A stretch of 64,000 nucleotides of DNA, taken from positions 6,944,001 to 7,008,000 of the forward strand of contig OX597817.1 of the NCBI GenBank assembly GCA_951406725.2. The letters run 5' to 3'. Positions 53,431-64,000 of the stretch are shown piece after piece. The notes beneath the pieces were generated by a model. That model had not been told where the DNA came from. It made no database searches and was given only the letters and a program-made list of their open reading frames with translations. Made by a program: the position numbers and the translations under genes. Position 1 is the first letter of the stretch; each line of letters starts with the position of its first letter. Source of the stretch: Octopus vulgaris (taxonomy: Eukaryota).

Positions 53431-54795
53431 CTCGACACATCCGCTACTGCTACTGTGAATGTCACGTCGCTTTGAGCTACGTGAATAAGAGAAATAAAAG
53501 AGATTGGCTACAGGTAAGACTTTTTTGGGGTTTTTAGTTCGGTGGGGAGTTATTCTTTTGTTATTTCTAATAGATACCTGCTGAACTCTAAACATATTTG
53601 GTCTGCCTGTGGTGAGTCTAGTTATACTCAATTTTTAGTGAGTTAAAATTTTTTGGGTGGACGTATCTCGCCACCAAAATGTTACTCCTGTGCTGTAATT
53701 CTTGCCTTGGAGTACCTGGTTTGCTGTAGTTCCTGCTTCGGAGTGCCTGGTTTTGCTGTTACTACCAATTTTCAGTTGTAACATCGCTTCGAAATGTGTG
53801 AATAAAAGAAGAAAAAAGAGACTCGCTACAAGTAGGACTTTTTGCTTTTGAGTTCGGTGGAGATTTGTTGTGTTATTTTTAATAAATCTCTGCTGAACTG
53901 TAGACATTTTCTGCCTGAGGCAAGGTTAGTTGTACTCACTTTTTAGTGAATTAAATTTTTTGGTTTGTTTGGGTGGGCGTATCCCGCCACCAAAAAGAAA
54001 AAGAAAAAAATTGTGTTTTGTTGGGCATATCTCGCCACCATAATAGTGTTTCTGTTCCTGGTTTGCTGAAAGTCCTGCCTGGTAGTACCTAGTTTGCTGC
54101 AGTTCCGGCTTCGGAGTAACTCATTTTGCTGTCGCTATTAAGTTCCAGTTTGGGCTAGGGGTACTCGTGGCCGGAAGAGTGTGTTCGTCGTGTCTTTTTG
54201 ATTTGTTTTGTTTTGTTTTTTCCTGAACTGTTTTCTCTTCTGTTTACTTCAAAGATTTTTTTTTAATATCACTGTGAATTTTCTTTTTGTTTTTTCTAAC
54301 ATGACGGTCAACAAGAACCACAAGAAAAGCACTGCTTTCGAGTGGGAGATTACCCTACCCAAAGACTGGCTTAAACAGCAAGAGGAGAAGACGGTAGTGG
54401 AGAAGCACCAAGAGGGAGTAGTTCTAGCCTGCATACGGGATCGCGAATGGTCTCCACTACTATCTGTGGCGCTCGTAAAGCTGCCCGTGATGCAAAGGCT
54501 GAAGGAACACAGAGAGGAGTATCTCCTTGTGGTCGGGTGACCCCGGAACGACACACGCTTTGTGTTTGAGTGGGGCGTGGGAAATGGCTGGGTACGGGAT
54601 CAGAAGTGATATTCAGTTTGAAGATGTTGAAGAAGGGGAATACGGGTAAGAGATATAAAAGCCTCGTCATTGTAAAATGATAAGATGTTTGAAACCTCAC
54701 CCTGTTTATTCTAAAAAGAACATTGTTTTCGAGAGACGGCGGTCGGCGGGCGCCGTTCGTTTCCCTCATTCATATTTTTATATTCATTTCATCCG
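53431..54795 (+). mobile_element. Second family D relative, internally deleted, head-to-tail behind the first
   Basis: Starts right after the TSD. Two ~315-bp 5' monomers. Mini-ORF from ATG 54301 (KKSTAFEWEITLPKDWLKQQEEKTVV) is homologous to the ORF1 N-terminus. 3' GGCGCCGTTCGTTTCCCTCATT matches about 53293-53316. Confidence 0.8.
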
Positions 54796-54886
54796 ATTAA
54801 ATAATAAATTATTGGATTGTCAATAGTATATCTCTGTTACTTTGGTGATGTTCTTGATTGATCGTATACTGTGTTCGTTTACAATC

Positions 54887-54943
<57 letters not shown>

Positions 54944-55479
54944 CTACTCCTTGTTGCTTGAGTATACTACGCTCATTGTTAAAAACAGCTTGAAAACCTG
55001 AGAGCATAATAACTTCAGTGTATCTGTTCCTTATATATACCATTTAATTTCAAAATCAGGGTCTCCCACCATATATATATATATATTCGTTATTGTACGG
55101 GTATGGTAGAAAACAACACAGTAGGTACTTGATAATTAAAAATTCAGTTTGAAAATCATTAGTTTAGTGTATATACCAAACATAGGCAGAGTATATCGAG
55201 TGATTCGCAAAGGGTTGTTCCATGCAATTAATGAATTTTCCCTCTCAAAACTGAAACAACTTTTCAACAGTTGGTTTTCTCCAACCTTTTTGATACAACA
55301 CCAGTAATATTCCATATTGTTAAGGTAGCCAACTCTCAGAGATATATAGCAATTGTAATTATAAATATTCCTGGAAAGCAGTACTGTGTTTTTTTTCTCC
55401 ACACGCTGTTACTTTGCTGATGATCGAGTAAAGTGTTCGCTTTCAATCCTTTTTCATTTTTGTGGTTATACAAAAGCAA

Positions 55480-56270
55480 CACATCGTACAGTCTTGCGCA
55501 TATACAACTGCAAATGCCACCTCTCTAAATTTCAGATAGCAATTACCAGTGCATAAGTTGACATGAGCGTTTGCAATGTATGCGACCCCTACCTCTCTCA
55601 CACACACACGTTATCAAAATTTGTTTCATAATTGACGAAACAACCATGATTTCAGAACATTTTCTTACTGTCATTGTCAGAGGCTTCATAGATGTCAACA
55701 GAGTTCAGACTATTTGGGGAGTGAAAATGACATTATTTGATGGAGATTTTCGTCCATTGTTTGCAGTTGCAGAATGAGGTATTAACATTCAATAACTGAA
55801 ACGTGTATTAAATTATCTGTTTTCCTGCTTCTATTCTAAAAATATAGACTTATTTACAATATGTCCGAATATTATTTTTGAAATTTTTCTTGGGGATTCA
55901 AAATGCTTTGTGGGTTTTATTAGGTGTCGGTCGCGATTTCTAATCATGGATGTGTCGTTGATGACGTGTTCTGCCGTGCAACACTGGATGTTTAATGATA
56001 TTGATGACATTTTTAGAAGTATTCATGATATACGTAAAAGTTGATGCAATATATATAAAGTAATGAGAAAATATATCTATTCTAAATAATTTTTAACTCA
56101 TTGACGACATCTGGAAATAAACTTCATAGATTTAAATTTAGCAATGACGGAACAGTTATGTTCTTCAGAAATATATCCTGTCAGCAAAGATTATGCAAAA
56201 GAACAAGTATGAAAATTATTAATCTACATGATACTTGCGTGGAAGCCAAGCGTATTAATAATAAATGATC
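55480..56270 (+). pseudogene. PIF1-type (Helitron) helicase remnant
   Basis: FIIDETTMI...WGVKMTLFDGDFRPL corresponds to motifs II and III (IIDE, GDFRQL). LLGVGR downstream. Confidence 0.8.
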
Positions 56271-56520
56271 AAGAAGAAATGCTTTAATACCATAGATTAA
56301 AATATTTAAACATGACTATATTTAATAATATATACAATATATACAATATATATTCAATAACATTTTCAATGTACACAATGAAAGGTAGGAAATAGATTTT
56401 TATTGCAAGATTCAGTTGTTGTGGCTTGATACGTTTGACGTATTTACCGCTTGTTTCATAGAAATAAACTTCCAATACGTAATTCGTAATAAACTTCCAA
56501 TACGTAATGAAACATAAGCA

Positions 56521-56922
56521 TAGGCGCAGGAGTGGCTGTGTGGTAAGTAGCGTGCTTACCAACCACATGGTTCCGGGTTCAGTCCCACTGCGTGGCACTT
56601 TGGGCAAGTATCTTCTATAACCTCGGGAAGACCAAAGCCTTGTGAGTATATTTGGTTGACAGAAACTGAAATAAGCCTGTCGTGTATATATCTGTGTGTA
56701 TGTATATGTTTGGGTGACTGTGTGTGTTCCCCACCACCATCGCTTGAAAACCAATGCTGGTGTGTTCACGTCCCCGTTACTTAGCGGTTCGGCAAAATAG
56801 AACGATAGAATAAGTACTAGGCTTACAAAGAATAAGTCGTGAGATCGATTTGTTCGATTAAAGGCGGTGCTCCAGCATGGCCGCAGTCAAATGACTGAAA
56901 TAATCAAAAGAATATAAGAATA
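56521..56922 (+). mobile_element. SINE family B
   Basis: Complete head to tail. Confidence 0.9.
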
Positions 56923-57107
56923 TCTGAAGGAGATATATTTTAGACAGTAGCATTAGTTATTCCAAAGCCAGTGCATTCTCAGTGAACTGAGATCTTTAGT
57001 GAATATTGTAATTAACTTCTGGAAAAATTATACGAAATGAAAGATGGACTGTTTCGATCTTTTGTACACCTTCCTTTAGCTATTATCACGGTTTTCACTC
57101 AATTCTA

Positions 57108-57510
57108 TACTCTCTTTTACTCTTTTACTTGTTTCAGTCATTTGATTGCGGCCATGCTGGAGCACCACCTTTAGTCGAGCAAATCGACCCCGGAACTTAT
57201 TCTTTGTAAGCCCAGTACTTATTCTATCGGTCTCTTTTGCCGAACCGCTAAGTGATGGGGACGTTAACACACCAGCATCGGTTGTCAAGCAATGCTAGGG
57301 GACAAACACACACACACACAAACACACTCATATATATATATATACATATATACGACAGGCTTCTTTCAGTTTCCGTCTACCAAATCCACTCACAAGGCAT
57401 TGGCCGGCCCGGGGCTATAGCAGAAGTCACTTGCCCAAGATGCTACGCAGTGGGACTGAACCCGGAACCATGTGGTTGGTTAGCAAGCTACTTACCACAC
57501 AGCCACTCCT
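57108..57510 (-). mobile_element. SINE family B
   Basis: Complete, inverted relative to 56521-56922. Confidence 0.9.
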
Positions 57511-58408
57511 TAATTAAATTAGAAATGGCAGACTCATCAATATTTATTCCTCTGTACGTAAGTCATGTAATTATCGACGATCTTCGATCAACCTTCTATC
57601 AATACGATTTATACGGGTTCAACCGAATGAACCTTGGGGCTTCGAGCAACTCGTTTTAGGACTCCGATTGAGAGAGTTCTTTTCCAAGCTTCTGTTACTT
57701 TGCATGTATAAAATCATTGTTCTTATGATCAGCACCGATATCGGAATACTTGATTAATAACCTCTTATGTCATAGATGACAGTTTTTCGTGTCCTTTAAC
57801 TGGTTTTCAGCGTAAATTATTTCTAATCTGCTTATTGCGCCAAACTACCCTGCATGCCAAAAACCAAACTATACATATTTGAATCTTCCTTGCAAACATT
57901 CTGGGTAAGGTACAAAATTCTTTTTTGGCACCAGGTGTATATAACTCGAAAATTAGCAGATGCTTTTTTTTTTTAGTCAGATTGTCCTTTCTTTATCATA
58001 TCGAAAGTTGTCTGTGTCTTCCCAGATCTGATCTTCATTCAACAATGCCTTGCTTCTATACACAGGCCAACTCTATGTATGTTTGATAGTGAAGACTGAA
58101 ACTAATTTTTCGTTAGACTTATCGCGTTAAAGGCAACTGATAACTCGTCAAGTGTAAATTTGACGGTAGCAGTTTTTCAATGATTTTCATTGTTGCGTTT
58201 TCAGTTTTAACAACAATTATAGACACGCACACACACAGACGACACGCACACACATATATAAACAAAGTCGAACACACATGCACGATGTGTTCGTGTGTGT
58301 TGTTAGTTCATCGGGCGGCTGTGCTTTTTAGACGTAAGGGAATATATTCTGAATGCCCTTGATGTAAAACCACCCGAGAGCAAGACATCGCCAAGCAAGA
58401 AAACCCAC

Positions 58409-58548
58409 ATCAAATCTTTTTTTCCTTTTCGGAGCGACAGACATCGATGTTTCGTCATCATTTTGACTTGTCAATGCCATTGCTCTGGTTTGGGTTTTGA
58501 CTGTCTTTTTCAGCATGTTAGGAGTCCACATGGTGGACTCCTCTCCGT
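58409..58548 (-). CDS. Candidate coding exon, product unknown
   Basis: Acceptor TTTGTAG, 140-nt open frame GEESTMWTPNMLKK...APKRKKRFD, donor GTGGGT. Non-repetitive within the window. CCACCATG context. Confidence 0.3.
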
Positions 58549-58665
58549 CTACAAAGTTTTATATACTGTTATATAGAAATATTTATGACTTCCTATTTTT
58601 ATCACGCATGCTGACCACTGGTAAACATTATTATTTTTTAGTAATATTTACCCTATATATATATA

Positions 58666-58816
58666 GGTAGGTAGGTAGGTAGTTAGGTAGTTAGGTAGTT
58701 AGGTAGGTAGGTAGGTAGGTAGGTAGGTAGGTAGGTAGGTAGGTAGGTAGGTAGGTAGGTAGGTAGGTAGGTAGGTAGGTAGGTAGGTAGGTAGGTAGGT
58801 AGGTAGGAAGGTAGGT
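58666..58816. repeat. (TAGG)n tetranucleotide microsatellite
   Basis: Visible. Confidence 0.97.
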
Positions 58817-60444
58817 ATACACTGGTTAAACCATGTAGATAAAAGCATGTAGCTGCTTCTAAAACTGTTCAGTTCCTACCGTTAAGATAAGCATGATAGA
58901 TAACTACAGTTAAATTAGATGTAGTATTTAGGATATAAGAAAAATATAGATTTCAAAGATATCCCATGTTGTAAGTGCATTTTCAGTACTAACCACTCTC
59001 AAGAAACAATTACGTCAAGAGAAATATAACTTCAAAAGTAATTATGAATTTCATAGTTGCATTTCCAAAAGTACCGTGGTATTTCCCATACTTATTGACG
59101 TGTTTATTATTTCAGCAAACACACGATACAACTTCTAAACTGCGTAGATTTCTCCGACTTACCGAATTAGTTTTACGAAATGATTAAAGAGTGCACAGCA
59201 CAATACGAACGCAGATGTTGTGAAATGTCATATTTTGGAAAATATACAACCGAGAGAAGTAACTAGTACTTATATACATACACAATTATATATACACACA
59301 CAAACACGCTTATATATGTATAGATATATATGCGTGTCTGTGTGTATGCATGTGTATGTGTGTGCATGCAATACATAACATATATCTATATATATGTTTG
59401 TATATATATGTGTGTGTGTATAGTTTATATATTTACACATGTATATATACAGATATAATTTATCTATATGCATATGCATGAATATATATATTCATACATA
59501 GAGATTTACTTAGTTACTCAATTATAAATAAATACTTACTTACTCAATTATCATCTTTTTATAATTCAATTTACTATACTTTTGTCTCTTCATATTTATT
59601 GTGTATCATCTCTGTCTGACAGCTAAAATTTTCGTTTACTGCGACGACTAATCACTAATCATAGTTTGCATACAGTCGTGATTTAGAAAAGCGCAATATT
59701 TAACAAGTAAACATATTACGAGCCTTAGTTCTCCGACATGTTTTTTACTTTGATTGATTTTTTTGTGGTTTCTGTATAACCCTTGATAAACCGTAGTTTT
59801 ATTTTCTTAGTGTTACTTCGGAATTTATTGTGCTTTGTTACGGACAGAATGGGAGTATACACAGGTGAGACATAATCCATATAGTATCTCATATATTGTT
59901 TGTACAACATTATTGAATTTCTCATTTGTTGATAAACTATAGTGTGGTGAGCTGTCTACTTTAGTGCATCGCTTAACCATATTTACGATGTCCGATGAGT
60001 GTGGTTTTCAATATAGTAAACGTGTTGCATGTAATTTCTACTAATTTTGTCTTCTCTGTTTTGTAATTTTATGCTGTTGAACCAAATCTTTTGTCATATC
60101 TGATATCGTTTCGTGTAGCAACAAGAAAATAACAGATTCCTTAGACGGTGCTTGAAGTCGGTTGTTCAAAATGCAGGTTTTCAGGTGATTAAAATAATGT
60201 TGCGTTATTTGGTTAACTGTGTCCGAAAAATGTCGAGAAGTTTTGGCAGTCATATAATCTGAGCATAGAGTGTAGCAATGAAATGAATTCTCAAATGCAC
60301 ATTAATATGTAAATTCTAATGCAAATAAATGTCTACACAAAAACACAAACATGCTCACAGACAACACAAACACACACACACATATATATATATACATGCA
60401 TACATACATACATACATATACATACATATATATATATATATATA

Positions 60445-60559
60445 TCACGTGATCACGTGACCGACCAGTCCATCAGATGTAGTTACACATCGCTGGTCAC
60501 AATGCGTTCGCACTGTTTTAGCCTCCGAATGACGCCACCCCGCTGGCTAAGCGAGCAGG

Positions 60560-60561
<2 letters not shown>
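60445..60561 (-). mobile_element. Short retroposon 3'-end fragment embedded in a microsatellite
   Basis: GC-rich island ending in (TCACGTGA)2, with an internal GACCAG...CTGGTC stem. Confidence 0.5.
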
Positions 60562-60634
<73 letters not shown>

Positions 60635-61182
60635 CATTATAGACTTATTGGAATTTTCAGAGAGGGAAGTTAGGCCGATGCTCCGCAATCAATGGTAATA
60701 TCAAGCAAGGTCTGAAGAACAAGTTGGAGTGCAGAGTGTGGGTTATCAATTATAGAAGAGTGAGTGTCCAGACCTTCTTCATGGCCAGAATCGATTTGTT
60801 ACAAAGTGAAGCTGTCCATATACAAACTATAAATACAATCTTCAAAATCATTTCCAATTGTTGTTTTCCAGTCCCGTGCAGTGTTTTCGATAACAAAAGT
60901 AAAACTCAAAGGGGCATAAAAATGCTAATGTGTTTTCTATGTAGGCGAAGAGAAGCGCCAATTCGATTATTTCTAACTTTTAATATAAAAGTCATTAACC
61001 TTGGCACACCAACATTGTACATTTCAGATCTCAAATGAACTTCAATATCTAACCTAACTCTATGTTCCAAAGAGAATTCTGCAAAAAAGTTACCAATTTT
61101 TTACTCGTTCGGCAAAAAGCCGTTTTAGAAAAATGTCATCCTTCTTATTTATTTCCTTCGTTATAAAAGATAGATATATTCA

Positions 61183-61632
61183 TACCTATTTCTTTATTAC
61201 CCACAAGGGGCTAAACACAGAGGGGACAAACAAGGACAGACATAGGTATTGAGTCGATTACATCGATCCCAGTGCGTAACTGGTACTTAATTTATCGACC
61301 CCGAAAGGATGAAAGGCAAAGTCGACCTCGGCGGAATTTGAACTCAGAACGTAACGGCAGACGAAATACTGCTAATTATTTCGCCCGGCATGTTAACGTT
61401 TCTTATTTTTTTATTGCCCACAAGGGGCCAAACATAGAGGGGACAAACAAGGACAGACATAGGTATTAAGTCGATTACATCGATCCCAGTGCGTAACTGG
61501 TACTTAATTTATCGACCCCGAAAGGATGAAAGGCAAAGTCGACCTCGACGGAATTTGAACTCACAACGTAACGGCAGATGAAATACCGCTAGGCATTTTG
61601 ACCAGCGTGTTAACGTTTCTGCCAGGTCACCG
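61183..61632 (-). mobile_element. SINE family C dimer with an alternative junction
   Basis: Two units joined at AGAAACGTT near 61400 rather than at GGTATTTC. Confidence 0.88.
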
Positions 61633-62365
61633 TCTTATACCAGCTGGACATAGGACAGTTGTTGGTATTTCAATTGTGCGGTATTATCTCAGCTCATAAT
61701 ATAATTGTTACGCCAAAGCACTCAAACACCAATCATACGTAAATTCTTTTCCTTCTTATATATCAGATATGCTTCTGTTTTCGAATTAGGATTTTAAATT
61801 AGATATAAATTGGTTCTCTCCAGCAGTCTGTCTCATAAACTTCTTGAGAGTATTAACCAAAACACATTAACCCTTGTAAGTATTATATTGTTCTACCTTT
61901 TGCATCTTTCGTTCCCTTTCCTATATATATTTTCTTCCTATCTTTGTTACGCTTGTTTGTCGAAGCTTTCAAGGGTATTTAAAATATCTGGTGTATTCTA
62001 AGTTTGTAACTAAATATTCATTTGATTTCTCTTATATATAAGTTAATACCACGTTTATAGTCTTATACGTACTTTAATATATGTTTATTGTGTTAAGTGA
62101 TACAATTACTGCATAAAATGTATAAACAAATGCTTGGCACTATGCCAATATGAAGAATTAAGTTTGCTTGTAAGAAAAAAAAATGGTGAAGTGCCAGAAA
62201 CAGTGGAACGTTTAATGTTAGCTCTCATGAGATTTTAAGTTCCAATCCCACTGGTACACACCCTAACTTTCATCGCTTCTAAGTCGATAATCCATATTAT
62301 ATCAAAGCGCAGAATTAACGTGATTTTACTTTTCATCGTTTTATCTCACTACCTCACCCACCCAC

Positions 62366-62407
<42 letters not shown>

Positions 62408-62770
62408 CTTCTCTTCTCTTGCTCTTTCTGTATTTGATAACCAGTAAAAAAAAAGAGAATATTATTATTTTACATATAATATATTACGATATCATCATAG
62501 TGATTTTCTTACACACCACGAACTGAAATTAATGTTGATCTCTGTGACAGTCGAAAAACTAAAGGCTTTTAATATGTTACCCTGCATGAAAAATTTACAA
62601 AGCAACAAAATTTTAGTTTTGTACTTTGTAAAAATACATTTAATCTTACTTAAAATAAATTTAGCCTGAAGGAATGTTGGAAACCAGTGAAAGCCGGCAA
62701 AGTTTTTCTGTCAGATGTATATTGGCCTCACACATTATGGCAGTTTACATAATTAAAAAGCCAATAATCC

Positions 62771-62831
62771 TTAAGGCGGTGCTCCAGCATGACCGCAGTC
62801 AAATGACTAAAACAAGTATCAGAATAAAAGA
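62771..62831 (+). mobile_element. SINE B 3' tail fragment
   Basis: AAGGCGGTGCTCCAGCATGACCGCAGTCAAATGACT. Confidence 0.8.
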
Positions 62832-63819
62832 ATTAATATTTTACGTGAATGTCACGTTTTTATTTCAAGACCACATGTAGGAAAATATTTCCTGGCCTAT
62901 TTTAACAGATGTAAGACGGTTGCCTCTGTTTAACTCCGTATGCAAATATTGTTCCGTATCAGCTTTTCTTTGAAGGTATCTTAATTCCGTTAGATGTTTC
63001 CGTTTTCTGCATACATTTGGAATCTCATCAAGCTAAATCATATATTAAATACATACTATTGGTAGTTATTTCACTTTATTTTGCATTACGATGAACTTTC
63101 GTATAACTTCCTTTCCTATACTTCTTACATTTAAACATTATATACTTAGTCTACTTAATTGCTACCTAGATATTTATGCTTTTAGATCTTATTTAATGCT
63201 TCTAATAGTACTTACAATGTTTGCTTTCTTACACATTCTAGCTGAAGAGAAGGTATAAATAGGCAATATGAGACTCTATTATGATAGCAAAGCTATAACT
63301 TTTAATTTTTTTTTAATATTTTTTCCAGCTGGGTTTCTGACATATTTATATCATAGACGTATAGGAGAAGGGTGTTATTTCTACTGAATTGAGCACAGGT
63401 AGATTTCTTTCGCTAATAACATTACTTTGGAATCAGTTGATTCTAGGTTTTGGATTCGCTGCAGGGAACGTTGGCCGAGTGTCTTCTTCAATAACCTTGG
63501 ATTGAGGAATGTTGGAGAAATATCTTTTAGCTTTTCCTTATCCCAGGCATTGAGCTGCGAACAATTTGAGACACCGTCTTAAATGGTTGAGTCGAACAAA
63601 TTGAACCCAATGTTTGTGAGCAAGTTTGTTTCTCATATAGAGCACTTTTGCTGAAATACCAACCTGACCGGGATGTACACACAACAACAGCAGTTGTCAA
63701 AGGTTTGGGAGAGGCAAACATATCGCAAAACAAAGACACATGGGGTATCACATACATGCACGCACACACGAGCAAACACTCACACACATTTCAGTTTCCA
63801 TCCACCAAATCATAATTCT

Positions 63820-63951
63820 TGGTTTGAAATTTCGGCACAAGGCGAGCAATTACAGAGAAGTAGTGGGTCGATTACATCAACCTCAATGCACAGCTGGTAC
63901 TTATTTTATTCCGAAGGGATGAAAGGCAACGCCCACGTCGGCGGAATTTGC
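63820..63951 (-). mobile_element. Diverged family C-related fragment
   Basis: GTCGATTACATC...GATGAAAGGCAA...GGCGGAATTTG. Confidence 0.7.
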
Positions 63952-64000
63952 ATACTTGTATGAGACAAAAAAGAGTGTAAAAACTACAAGGGCCCACAGC

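Overview
AT-rich, microsatellite-dense, gene-poor eukaryotic DNA. The SINE families and (TA)n/(GT)n/(GGT)n load look like an octopus genome, which is my recognition and not verified. No intact host gene is recognisable. The window is mostly three tRNA-headed SINE families (here A, B, C) and decayed RTE, R4/Dong, CR1, Gypsy, Penelope-like, Helitron, Tc1, mariner and hAT fragments, plus one or two candidate exons. Two results stand out. (1) An ORF1-only (zinc-knuckle, no reverse transcriptase) retroelement family appears three times, always at the same AGTAGCTTGCTT(A/C)C site in the tRNA-like head of SINE B, with about 15-bp target duplications. (2) Several hammerhead-ribozyme-like motifs sit in small inserts within (TA)n tracts, including a non-circularly permuted, pseudoknotted hammerhead at about 19.7 kb and a tandem pair at 20.4/20.9 kb. 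Family names, alignments and RNA folds were all done by eye.
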